Shown: positions 37,881 through 50,090 of the stretch, in pieces
Layout: each line of letters opens with the position of its first letter
Position numbering within the stretch: the first letter of the stretch is position 1
Source: Octopus bimaculoides
Taxonomy: Eukaryota
DNA: 64,000 bases
NCBI RefSeq assembly: GCF_001194135.2
Contig: NC_068981.1
Location: 193,202,944-193,266,943 of the forward strand
Reading direction: 5' to 3'
The notes under the pieces: model-generated
What the model saw: the letters and a program-made list of their open reading frames with translations, nothing else
Told to the model about the DNA's origin: nothing
Databases searched by the model: none
Position numbers and translations under genes: made by a program

Positions 37881-40073
37881 GAGGCATTAGACAAAATAAT
37901 GGAATCACCTTAAAATTTCAAACAAATTTATTTTAATATGAGTTAGGACTGCCTTTGGCAGTAATTACAGCTTGAGTTCTACGCGGTATGGACTCGTACA
38001 AAGTTTGAATTGTTTCCAAAGGGATTTTTGTCCATTCTTCAGCTAAAACAGTCTATAGTTCTTGTAGTAATGATGGTGGAGGATATTGACTCCTTTCTTT
38101 TTTTTCTAAAATACACCATAAATCATCATCATCATCATCATCGTCGTTTAACGTCCGCTTTCCATGCTAGCATGGGTTGGACGATTTGACTGAGGACTGG
38201 TGAAACCGGATGGCAACACCAGGCTCCAATCTAATTTGGCAGAGTTTCTACAGCTGGATGCCCTTCCTAACGCCAACCACTCAGAGAGTGTAGTGGGTGC
38301 TTTTACGTGTCACCCNNNNNNNNNNNNNNNNNNNNNNNNNNNNNNNNNNNNNNNNNNNNNNNNNNNNNNNNNNNNNNNNNNNNNNNNNNNNNNNNNNNNN
38401 NNNNNNNNNNNNNNNNNNNNNNNNNNNNNNNNNNNNNNNNNNNNNNNNNNNNNNNNNNNNNNNNNNNNNNNNNNNNNNNNNNNNNNNNNNNNNNNNNNNN
38501 NNNNNNNNNNNNNNNNNNNNNNNNNNNNNNNNNNNNNNNNNNNNNNNNNNNNNNNNNNNNNNNNNNNNNNNNNNNNNNNNNNNNNNNNNNNNNNNNNNNN
38601 NNNNNNNNNNNNNNNNNNNNNNNNNNNNNNNNNNNNNNNNNNNNNNNNNNNNNNNNNNNNNNNNNNNNNNNNNNNNNNNNNNNNNNNNNNNNNNNNNNNN
38701 NNNNNNNNNNNNNNNNNNNNNNNNNNNNNNNNNNNNNNNNNNNNNNNNNNNNNNNNNNNNNNNNNNNNNNNNNNNNNNNNNNNNNNNNNNNNNNNNNNNN
38801 NNNNNNNNNNNNNNNNNNNNNNNNNNNNNNNNNNNNNNNNNNNNNNNNNNNNNAGGGTGTGGCACTTTTTCACGCAGCTATCCTCATCCATTCTCACCAC
38901 ATGTCCATACCAGCGCAATCGTCTCTCTTGCACACCACAACTGATGCTTCTAATGTTCAGCTTTTCTCTCAAGATACTTACACTCTGACGGGTATTCACA
39001 TTGACATTACACATCCAACGGAGCATACTGGCATAAATATTCAATAATATTGAGATCTGGTGACTGTGGTCGCCACATAAGATGTTCATCTTCACTAGAA
39101 TGTCCCTTGTGCCATTCAGTAACAACTGTAGCTGTGTGAATTGGTGCATTATCATCCTGAAAGATTGCGTTTCCCTCTGGAAACAGTTCCACAACCATAG
39201 GATGAATTTGATCAGATAAAATGCTTAAATAGTCTTAACTATTAATTCTGCCATAAAGGGAAACCATTGGGCAGCAGATTTCCAAGATATAGCCCCCCAG
39301 ATCATCACAGATCCCCCTCCATGTTTAACAGTTGGAAGAAGGTAGTCTGGGTCAAATGCTTCTTTTGACTGTCTCTACAGGTATATTCAGCTGGTGGTCA
39401 AAAATAAGGTAAAGGATAAGTCGTCCAAGAAAATAACATTCTTCCACTGCTCTAGGGACCAATTCTGTAGATTTTTATCCCACTCTAAATGCTTTGCAAC
39501 GTTTGTTTTTGAAAGTGGTGGTTTTCTGATTGCATCCCTTCCGTGAAATCTAGTAGTAAATTTGTGCAGCTCCCGGCAAAGAGTTTTTGTGGAAACTGGG
39601 TTCTCGGGGTGGTCATTAAGATCTGCAGTAATTTTGGGAGCTGTACTTTTTTGATCCATTCTAACAATTCGTATAAGAGTCCGGCAATCCCTATCTGAAA
39701 GTTTTGGTTTTCTTCCAGAGTTTTGTTTCAACGAGGAGGTTTTTCCCTCTTTCTCAAAGGCTGTCATTACTTTCAAAACAGTACTTCTTGATATACCAAA
39801 CATTTTGCCAATTTTTGTTACGTTAGTGTCTACCATACGAGCACCAACAATTTGACCTCTTTGAATGTCTGATAGATATGTCATGTTAATGAATTTTAAT
39901 TACCTTTTTCTGATGATATCTGAAAAGAAACAGCAATTTTAGCAAAACATGTTAAGCAACACTAATAATAAATCAAAAAACATAAAAATAAACAAGCTTT
40001 TGATGGTTTTATAAATATTTCAATATTATGATGCTATGATGATAGGTATTTCCATTATTTTGTCCAACCCCTG
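37881..40073 (-). mobile_element. Full-length but inactive Tc1-family transposon interrupted by an RTE insertion
   Basis: Imperfect TIRs (..GACAAAATAATGGAA..ACC) flanked by TA. Transposase pieces: MTYLSDIQRGQIVGAR...GRKPKLSDRD...RKPPLS...WKNVIFLDD and FQDDNAPIHTA...WRPQSPDLNIIE. Confidence 0.9.
38124..39031 (-). mobile_element. 5'-truncated RTE LINE nested in the Tc1 element, 7-bp TSD
   Basis: CATAAAT at 38117-38123 and 39032-39038; LRWMC...ERRLRWYGHVVRMDEDSCVKK. Spans an N-gap. Confidence 0.85.
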
Positions 40074-40105
40074 TATATACATACACTCATATAGGCAAAC
40101 ATATA

Positions 40106-40180
<75 letters not shown>

Positions 40181-40467
40181 ATATTCTCTCAGAGTGGTTG
40201 GAGTTAGGAAGGGCATTCAGCTGTAGAAACATTGCCAGATCAGATAGGAGTCTGGCTTTCCAGACCTCAGTCAAACCGTCCAAGCCATGCCAGCATGGAA
40301 AATGGACATTAAACAATGATGACGATGATGATATATATATATGTATATGTATATATTTATTGCTATCTATCCATCTCAGTTTCTCTCTCCTTCTCTCTCT
40401 CTCTCTCTTCTGTATACACACAGACATACACAGATATACACACACATACACACACATATATGCATGT

Positions 40468-40509
<42 letters not shown>

Positions 40510-40704
40510 CAGGCTTCCACACAGTTTGTGTCTATCATGTTAACTCACAGGTACTTTTTCAGCCTGGAGCACTCGTGAAAGACACTTATCCAAGGTGCTA
40601 CAGCATGGGACACAATCCCAAATCACATGGCTGCTAAGTGAGCTTCTTAACCACTCAACTGTCCCTGATGATACCATATGAAAGGTAGAATACACACTGA
40701 ATAT

Positions 40705-40938
40705 ATTTCTATTTCTTTATTGCCCACAGGGGGCTAAACATAGAGGGGACAGACAAGGACAGACAAAGGGATTAAGTTGATTACATCGACCCCAGTGCAT
40801 AACTGGTACTTATTTAATCAACCCCGAAAGGATGAAAAGCAAAGTTGACCTCGGTGGAATTTGAACTCAGAACATAATGGCAGACAAAATACTGCTAAGC
40901 ATTTCACCTGGCATGCTAACGATTCTGCCAGCTCGCCA
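40705..40938 (-). mobile_element. Second tRNA-headed SINE family copy
   Basis: Highly similar to 32013-32249. Confidence 0.8.
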
Positions 40939-41496
40939 CTCTGAATATATAGTTCCATCAGGTGTATGCAAAATTAAATATGCAAATCAATACACTCAGG
41001 TGTGTCTATACTGTAATAAAGAAAGTTACTTATTAATTAATTTGGAACATGCAACTTTTACTAAAACAAAGCAATAGTTAAAGTCTCCACTGTGAAGAAA
41101 ATTCTTTAAAATTGTAATTTTAGTATTTAAAAAAATTTTTTTTTATCAAACTGTGGTTTTGAAAATTTCAACTACAGAACACTAATTTTAATTCACAATT
41201 CACAACGAGATTATATTTTTTAGCTCTGCAAAATAGCATTCCCTCTTTATCTTTTCACTCTCTCTTACTCTTCATGATACTACATTCTACAGACATATCA
41301 GTAAAAACATTTTTCACATTATAAGTTCAATCCAGGCTCCTTTCATATTTGTTGGATGCTTTTGAAGAAAAAAAGCAGTTTTAATTCACTTACATCAGCC
41401 GTACCAAATATAAGCTTGTAGATATGATTATGTACAAGAATTAATATTCTGGAAAAATTTGAATTGAAAATATTCTACAGAAGAAAGATATTTTAC

Positions 41497-41578
41497 TTGA
41501 ATTTAATGTTTGTTTCTCAGATTCATTCTTTTGATTCTGTTCTGGATTGAAGAACTGTGTTAGATCACTGGGAGATTC
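41497..41578 (-). CDS. Candidate exon (82 nt, phase 0-1): ESPSDLTQFFNPEQNQKNESEKQTLNS
   Basis: Strong acceptor tctttgtcttctttttgcag|GAA and donor CAA|GTAAAA; a single open frame. Confidence 0.55.
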
Positions 41579-42499
41579 CTGCAAAAAGAAGACAAAGAGA
41601 TGGATGTAAAAATATGTGATGTTGATTTAATAAAGTGAATCAGACTTAAAGTTCTCATTTTGGCAAATTGATGCATTCCATCATGATTGAATTTATGTAT
41701 TGTAAATCTGTTCCTGGAGAGACTGAGAATCTTGTACAGAAAACTTTACTTCTTAATGATACATCGAGTTCATCACCATCATCATCAGCAGCAGCAGCAA
41801 CAGCAGCATTTTAACATCCCCTTGTTTGCATGGATTAAACAGAATTTATTAAGGCAGATTTTCTTCAATGAGATGTGCTTCTTGTTGCTAACCCTCATTT
41901 GTTTCTATGCAAGGGGATTTCTTCATGACTGGACATATTTGCATGGGAGATTGGAAATGAATGATACCATCCCTGCACATGCCACATTTACAATTCTAAG
42001 GCAATGACAAGTCAAAGAGGCATAGAGACATACACAGGTCATACACACACACACACGTACATACATAATACATACATGTGTGTGTATGTATATTGAGATT
42101 CTTTCAGTTTCCATCCACCAAATCTATTCACGAGACTTTGATCATGCTTGATTTACTGTAGAAGACATTTGCTCAAGGTGGTTCTTAAAAATGAGTAGCA
42201 TCTATGAAGTGGTTAACATTAGGAAGGGCATCGAGCAGTAAAAACCATTGGCATACGATGTAGACTTTGGACCCACTACATACATCCTTCAAACTGTCCA
42301 GCCCATACAAATGTGGAAGGTAGACAACATAAGATGATGATGAGGATAATGATATATATATATGCGTGTGTGTGTGTGTGTGTATGTATATATACACAGA
42401 CATGACAGAAGTAAATAGACACCCCATAAAACATCGTTTTGTGTTTGTTCTAATGTGTAAAGGTTTATATTTTTTTTATTAATTGACATTTTATGTTTC

Positions 42500-43170
42500 A
42501 AGTTCCTTATGTGACTGTTTAATCATGCCATGTACAAAAAAAGCCTTGGAACTGTCTGAATTTTAAAGAGGATGTATTGTGGGTCATTCTGAAGGTGGAT
42601 ATAGTCAGCATAAAATCTCAGAAAATCTTGGGATCCCACTTTCTACAGTTAATAGAGTGATTGTGCAATTCATCAGAGAGGGGAAGGAGTCCACATCGCC
42701 TCACTTAGATCAAGCAGGGCTCTCTGAGAGGACCCTTCTCTTTGCTAATAGAAGTATGGAGGATAATCCTTGTTGCAAGGCCTCTGACATAGCAGAACAA
42801 GTTGATGTCAGTCCCAAAACAGCTGTAAGGTATATCCACAAACTTGTTTACTATTGCAGAACAGCAAGAAGGAAGCCACTTCTTCAACTAGCCGACATCA
42901 AGTGGAGAAAAGATTGGGCCAGTGAGATGGTGGAGAGGCCACTAGCATTTTTGGACACTGTCATAGTCTCTGATGAGTCCAGATTTGCTGTTGCATTCTG
43001 GACCACTGTTGCATTCTAACAGTGGTCGATTGTGATCAAGAATTTGGTGTGAAAAGATTGCAGCCAACAATGAAACACAGCAGCTACTCTGTGATGGTCT
43101 GTGGAGCAGTTTGGAGCAATGGTTGATCAGAGCTGGTGGAGTGTGAGGGAAACATAAACTCAGATTGGAT
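42500..43170 (+). mobile_element. Tc1-family transposase remnant
   Basis: [20 protein letters not shown]...ARRKPLL...WA...VIVSDESRF. Confidence 0.85.
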
Positions 43171-43623
43171 GCTCCTCTATGGCCGACAACCTTACAGAGT
43201 ATAATGGGTGCTTTTTGTGTGGCACCAGTACTGGAGCATTTTTACATGGGGAAAAAATGAAATGATAGATACTTACAATGGTCTGGGTGTTGAAGGAGGT
43301 GGTGGTGGTGGTGGTGGTGGTAGTGGTGGCAGTGGTGGCGGTAGTCATATTTCTCACTGTAAATATTTACTATGGTTCTTGGTACTATTGTTTCATGGCT
43401 CTCTAAATAAACATAGATTGTAAATAAAGTTAGTTAATAAGATTCAGTAAACATGATATTTTAGGATATTTAAAATATTTGGGTGAAAGCCCTGAATCAA
43501 GAAAAGCCTTGTAAATGGATATGGTTGATGGAAACTGAAAGAAGCACATCATACATACATGCGTACATACATGCATACATACAAACATACATGCATACAT
43601 ACATACATACATACATGCATGCA

Positions 43624-43657
<34 letters not shown>

Positions 43658-44326
43658 CATACACGTACATACATACTCATACATTACAAGTGCAACCTGT
43701 GAGACTTTTCTCATGTTCTAAATGTGAATTTGTCTGTGTTAACCTACATCCCAAAGATGGAGCCTTGCATCTTTGTTGGAAACCTGCTCCCTCCTCAGCG
43801 GAAGATTTATAATAATTAAAAAATAGAAGAGACCCATACATACATACATACATACATACATACATACATACATACATGTGTGTGTGTGTCTGTATATCTA
43901 TGTGTCTGTGTTTGTATGTGTGTGTGTGAGTGTGAATGAGCATATGTCTCTTTGTGTGCCTTTGTTGTAATACTCCGTGGTAGTTGTAAATGAGTGTTAC
44001 TGTCATACAAGCAGTGTCATTCATTTCCAACATTTTGCATAAACATCTGGCCATGGAGAAATACACTTGGGAACAGATGAGTGTTAGTGACTGGAAAGGC
44101 ATCCAGCTGTAGAAAAGTTGCCTCAACAAATTAAATATAAATTTAACACATTAAATTAACATGTAACATCTTCATCAATGCTGCCACTGAATTTAAGACG
44201 TTTATATCACTTATGAGGTATTCTATATTTTTCAGCTAGAGTGTAGTGGGGTTTCAAGGGGGTGGTACAAGCCTAACAATATGTGTTTTATAGTGAAAAC
44301 AAAATTTCCATTCAAATGGCAATTAC

Positions 44327-44378
44327 CGGACGATATCTGTTTGAGTCTGACCCTTTTAACTCGTAGTGGAAACATGAC
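44327..44378 (-). CDS. Candidate exon (52 nt); phase 2-0 reading SCFHYELKGSDSNRYRP joins 41497-41578
   Basis: Acceptor ttatgacatag|GT and donor CCG|GTAATT. A second frame (VMFPLRVKRVRLKQISS) is also open. Confidence 0.35.
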
Positions 44379-44559
44379 CTATGTCATAAATAGGCATGCA
44401 GATATTGTATAAATTTTATAATTGAAAAATTTACTACATTTTATACATGCGAGTATATCAGCCTGCGGGTGCAATAAAATCTGCTTGTGGGGGTTTCCCC
44501 ACCCTTACATTAGATGATGGTGAGTATATAATATTGGGTTCTCATTAAATTCATTTGAA

Positions 44560-45640
44560 TTTGCTTTTTTTTTTCAATTTATTTTAATCTTTATTTTCCA
44601 TCAAAACTTTTTAACAAATCAGTCAATAATATATTCTCCTTCATTGTTCATGATTTTCTGTCTATGTTCCACAAGCTTGTTAATGCTTTGATGATAAAAA
44701 TCACCAGGTCCTGATCTGAAGAATTCATTGAGTTACTTTTCAACGCCACACCATAGTTGAATGAAACATCTTGCAAGGTGTTGGAAGGCAATCAAAAATG
44801 ATGATTATCTGAAGACACAGTATCAGGAGAATACGGTGAGTACAACAGAACTTCCTATTTGAGATAAAAAATAGCATTTTTGGTCAAATTTGTATTGTGG
44901 AGGGAGTGTTGTCATGTTGATGAAGTGTACCATATCACCAGTTGGGTCATTTCAGCAAGATTGCCTCGTTGCATAAGTTCATTTGCAGAATGTAAAGCAA
45001 TGCATTGACTGCATCATTGATTTTAAGCATTTTGTAGTGAATTAGCCCTTCCCAATCCCACTAAATAGATCATTGTCTTGCATAGATGCAACTCTGTCTT
45101 GGCTCAAGGGATTGCTTGCATGTTGAGATTCAGCCATTCTTTCTTCTGCATCATATTGATTTAAAGATGCCAGTTGATATTGCCAGTAATGATGCTGTAA
45201 AGAAATCTCTGCATCTATGAGTAACCTTATGTCAAATTGACGTCATTGGAAGCTAGACTGGTGTTTGTCTTTTATGATCAAAGTGTGTGACACCCATACA
45301 CTAAGTTTTTGGACCTTACCTGTCAAGTGAAGGTGATAGGCAACAGAATCATGAGAGCATCATATCTGCTGGGCCAGTTGGATTGGAGTGGATGAACTGA
45401 ATCAATTAATCCTCATCAAATTCACCAGGTCAGCCAGAGTATGGAGAACCTGTGAGGTCAAATTTCCCCTCCTTGAAGCATGGAAACCATTTCCCTGCAG
45501 CTCTTTCAGTAATAGCACCTTCTTTGTGCACAGAACAAATGTGGTTTCGGCAGCTTTAGAAGCTTGATTTAAAGTGAAGAGAAACAAGTGTCAAAAATGC
45601 TCAGTTTGACACTCCATCCTCATATGTCTGAAAAGAGGTA
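44560..45640 (-). mobile_element. Degenerate mariner-family element
   Basis: Minus strand retains decayed HxDN(A)xxH- and YSPDLxP-like motifs; many stops. Confidence 0.55.
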
Positions 45641-46360
45641 AAATCTACTCAAATTTCAAAAACAATAAACAAAATTTGAAGATGAAGAACAGAGCCTCAC
45701 AAACCTCATAAAACACTGATGAAATTATTTTTCATGTTAATACAAATAATATTGGAAAGAAATGAACAAATTTATCTGAGAACCCAATATATATTAGAAT
45801 GGGGTTTTTTACATTATATATTAGCTAGATATAGTGTGTACATGTGCTATACTAAATAGGTAAAGTATGGTTATGTTGTACAATTTCAGGTAGATATACT
45901 TTAGGTATATCATATATTAGATATAAAGTGTATATTTCTTCTCTCCATATATATATCTGCCTTAGAGTGTACTTATTCAGATATATGAGATATATATATA
46001 TATATATCACCCATGATAGTATGTAAGGCAGACGTTAAACAATGATGACGATAATAACTATAATTATATATTATTTACAGTATGGCAGTACAAATGGTGG
46101 TACTCCAGTATGGCCACAGCTCGTGAGCTGAAACTAGTTTCAGTTTCAATCCAATTCAATATATGCTCCATTTAAAGTGACTAAACCTAAACAATTGTTT
46201 AGATTTAGTTGCTTCAAATCGAATATATATTATTGTAAATAATATATGATTATAGTTATTATCAAAAAGGACCTATGTGTGTCACTATTCTCCATAATTT
46301 ACAGCCTTCAGGTTTGTTTACAAATTTGTAAATATATATATACATATATATATATCATAG

Positions 46361-46485
46361 AAATGGGGAAGGCTGGTTAATGGGATTATCTTAGATTTCC
46401 CATCCATAAAGGGCTTACACCATAAAGCTAACTCATTTATGGACGGGAAACCTAAGGTAATCCCATAAACCGGCCTTCCCCATTT
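46361..46485. repeat. 125-bp hairpin or MITE, 50-bp arms with 5 mismatches, 25-nt spacer
   Basis: AAATGGGGAAGGCTGGTTAATGGGATTATCTTAGATTTCCCATCCATAAA pairs with TTTATGGACGGGAAACCTAAGGTAATCCCATAAACCGGCCTTCCCCATTT; TA-rich flanks. Confidence 0.9.
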
Positions 46486-46559
46486 TTAATATATACTGCT
46501 CTACATCTTAGGGTGTGCTTCTTTCATATTTATGTTTTCTACAATCCTCTTCCTCCTCC

Positions 46560-46900
46560 TCATCATCATCATCGTCGTTGTCATCATCGTTTAACGCCCG
46601 CTTTCCATGCTGGCATGTGTTGGACGGTTTGACTGAGGACTAGCAAACCAGGAGGCTGCAGTAGGCTCCAGTCTGATCTGGCAATGTTTCCATAGCTGGA
46701 TGCCCTTCCTAACACCAACCACTCCAAGAGTGTAGTGAGTGCTTTTTATGTGCCACCAGCACAGGAACCAGTCAGGTGGACCTGGCATTCATCACGTTTG
46801 GATAGTGCTTTTTACATGCTGCCAGCATGGGAGCTAGTCAGTGGGTATTGGCATCAGCCACATTCGGATGGTACTTTTTATGTGCCACCGGCGTGGGAGC
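46560..46900 (-). mobile_element. RTE tail copy
   Basis: Shared tail with TTTTTATGTGCCACC units. Confidence 0.8.
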
Positions 46901-46996
46901 CAAACAATATATATATATGTATATATTAAATAATAAGTGCATATATTGTTGTACTTCAGCTTGATATAGTCTGAGTATGTTGTATACAAGATAGAT

Positions 46997-47144
46997 ATGT
47001 ACATTATTTACATTTGATGGATATTTGTCCTCTTCCTGTTTGTTGTTAACACAGCGTTTTGGCTGATATACCCTCCAGGCTTCATCAAGTGTCTTGGAAA
47101 AATTTCGAACCAGGTTCTCATTCCTAAGGTATTTATCGATGTTG

Positions 47145-47183
<39 letters not shown>

Positions 47184-47253
47184 TCACTGCTTGGAATTGA
47201 ACTTGGAATCTTGGGGTTAGTAGCCCGTGCTCTTAACCACTACGCCATATGCC
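46997..47253 (-). mobile_element. tRNA-headed SINE with an (AAT)n linker and a degenerate hammerhead-like 3' module
   Basis: Head GGCATATGGCGTAGTGGTTAAG (A box)...AGTTCAATTCC (B box), (AAT)n, then GACAC-TTGATGA-A-GCCTG..CAGCC-AAAA-CGCT-GTGTT. Confidence 0.75.
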
Positions 47254-47255
47254 TG

Positions 47256-47335
47256 TGGGCACCTGATGAAGGCTGGAAGGTATAGCAGCCGAAACATTGA
47301 GGACAAATATCCGTCAAATGTAAATAATGTACATA
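47256..47335 (+). ncRNA. Hammerhead-ribozyme-like core, an inverted duplicate of the SINE 3' module; helices I and III disrupted
   Basis: CTGATGA (47263-47269), A, GGCTG-gaaggtatag-CAGCC stem II, GAAA (47291-47294). Confidence 0.5.
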
Positions 47336-48090
47336 ATTCCTCATATCTTAAATATAGAACTAGACAGATATGGCTGGGTTTAATGCTAGATAGGAGTGGG
47401 TGTATTATATAACCTTAGTTAACATAGTGTGGGTATCTTACCTTTCTTCCAATCAGTAGCAGTCCTTTATTCAAGTATATTATGGATAACGGTTTTATAT
47501 AGTCTTGTAAGAAGTAAATGCTTAATTGTTACTGGCAAATATTGATTTCTGAATCATTGAATTCATTAACTGACATCATTAATATTCCAGCTGGTTGCTT
47601 TTGAGATATGGTGGTGGTGGTGAAGTTGATGGTGGATTGCCATCATTTAACAATGAGGATTTAGTTGTCAACTGATTTTGGTTAACTAAATTCTCTCCTC
47701 TTGAATTAGCATGTAAGTGGTTGAGTATTCCAACAGAGAATCAGCATGACACAGTGTGTAAGGAGGTCATACCTCTTGAATTACAAGTACACTCCAATCA
47801 GTGAGCGTCTCTACATTTTCCATCTTCCTCTTTTACTCACAGTGTATGGATCAACCCTACATTATAGAAAATTACATTTGCTTAAAACACCATGCAGTGG
47901 GATTGAACCAGTGACTTTATGGAATTTTTAAATATGATTTTGTCTCAAATAAGGCTTGAGGCCTTTGTAGAGTAGAAGACTAGGAATAATGAAAAGAAGG
48001 GACCTACAAACTGAAAAAATGTTGATTGACAGAAAGCTTAACCCTTTAGAATTCCCATTATTCTGTCAAATGTAATGTTTATTTATTCAC

Positions 48091-48129
<39 letters not shown>

Positions 48130-49209
48130 TTAACGTCCATTGTCCATGCTGCTATGGGTTGGATGGCTTGATTGGGCTGGCATGCTGGCTTCATTTCTCT
48201 CAAGCCTACGCATGGCCTTGGCTGTCACAGCCCATGTTTCCCTGCCATGCAGCAGGAAGAATATTTTGGAAGAATGCTAAAGTGTTAAAGGACTGAATAT
48301 CAAAGTCAAGAGGAAAATAAAATGATGGTAGTGAGTTTCAGAGAGAAGCCATTTCAAGAAAGAAGTTAAGTTATTAGAATAAAAGGGATGATGACAAACA
48401 GGAAGCCATTTGGTCATATTGTGCATACTTTCAGGTGTAAAAGTCTTTGCATATATTGTCCAAGAGATAATAGAACTGATAATCAAAGTTGGTCCTCTCT
48501 TGATGATGTTCAACATCGAGTCACCCATAACCTTGCTGACCCACATCCAAAGTTGTGGCTATCTTATGCTTTAAGGGTATGTTAGACTACATTATCCACT
48601 TCATCTTTTCCTTATTTCAAATGGTAGGGTGTTATTTGAGGTAGATGTGGCTTCTATTTCTAGCAGACCAAGCAGCCAATGAGAGGCTCTCACATTGGCT
48701 CCTTTGATGGGAATGGTGAAACTTGTTGATACATATCTCAAATTTAATCTATTTAGCTTCACAACTGTTTGGATAAACAATTATAATTAATTGACGAAAT
48801 AGAGAAATATCCTGACAGCAGATCTATTTTGAATTTGCTGGGGAGATGTTGCGGAGGTGATGAGGATTAAGACTTGTCAATGATCTCAGTTTCATATCAT
48901 TAATTTAACAGTTATGTCACCCTTTGTAAACAAAAGACCAGAACTACTTTAGAGCAACTTTGATCTTTCATAGCTAACTGTCAAATATTAGGACATAGAA
49001 CGGGTAATACAACAGGATGTATGGAGTGTTATATAAATCTGAATAATTCTTTGTAAGTTTTGATACAAGGTGAGCAATTTCAAGGGTAGAGGAAGTTGAT
49101 TACTTTGACCCCAGTGTTCAACTGGTACTTCCTAAAAGAAAGGGCACAAAAAAAGGGATAAATTTCAATTTTAAAGCCAAAATACTGAGTAAATATTAAA
49201 CACAAGGAA

Positions 49210-50090
49210 TGTACAAAAAATAGACTCCCTCAAATGTCAGTGGGGATCCTTAGAAGTAGTAGACAGTTTCTGTTAATTAGGTGACCTAGTTAGCAGTGGT
49301 GGAGGTTGTTCCAAAAGCATAGCCGCTAGAATAAGAATAGGCTGGGCAAAGTTAAGAGAGCTACTTCCTCTGTTAATAATGAAGTACCTCTCCCTTAGAG
49401 TGAAAGGCAGATTGTATGATTCCTATGTACGAACAGTTATGCTACACGGCAGTGGAACATGGTTTGTGACTGCTGAGGACATGTGAAGGTTTGAAAGAAA
49501 TGAAGCCAGTATGCACTGGTGGATGGGTAATGTCAGTGTGTATATACAACAAAGTGTAAGGGATTTGAGAGAAAAACTGGGTATACGAGGCATCAGATGT
49601 AGTGTGCAAGAGAGAAGACTGCGTTGATATGGTCACATAACATGTATGAATGGAAACTGTTGCATCAAAAGGTGCCAATCTCTAATTGTGGAGGGAGCAT
49701 GTGGAAGGGGTAGACCCAGGAAGACATGCAACGAAGTGGTGAGAATGGATCTTTGGATGTTGGGCCTCACAGAGGGGATGACAAGGGACCGAGACATCTG
49801 GTTGAGAAGACACATCAAACTAAATATGTGGTCGTCCTTGCATAGATGCATGCCCCCTGCATCCCTCTTCAGCTGATCATTTCTAATCTTGCAGGCTCAT
49901 GGGTACCATGTAAAAAGCACCCATGCAGGTGCTATGTAAAAGTACCCAGTACACTCTGTAAAATAGTTTGCTTTAGTAAGGGCATTCAGCCATAAAAACT
50001 ATGCCAAAACAGACACGGGGCCTGGATAGCTCCTGTCAAACTGTCCAACCCATACTAGCATGGAAAACACATTAAATGATGATGTTTGTG
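49210..50090 (+). mobile_element. RTE LINE 3' third with tail
   Basis: RIRIGWAKLRELLPLL...RLYDSYVRTVMLHGS...ERRLR...GACGRGRPRKT, followed by the shared tail. Confidence 0.9.

Noticed and set aside
46181-46208. 28-bp near-perfect palindrome CTAAACCTAAACAATTGTTTAGATTTAG
   Set aside because: Short and AT-rich; plausible by chance or local template switching.
47185-47253. tRNA gene
   Set aside because: Acceptor and T arms do not pair well and it is fused to a SINE body; treated as a SINE head.
47442-47700. Donor AAG|GTAAGA and a PPPPY-containing frame on the minus strand
   Set aside because: The two features are in different frames separated by stops, and the PPPP derives from a (GGT)n repeat.
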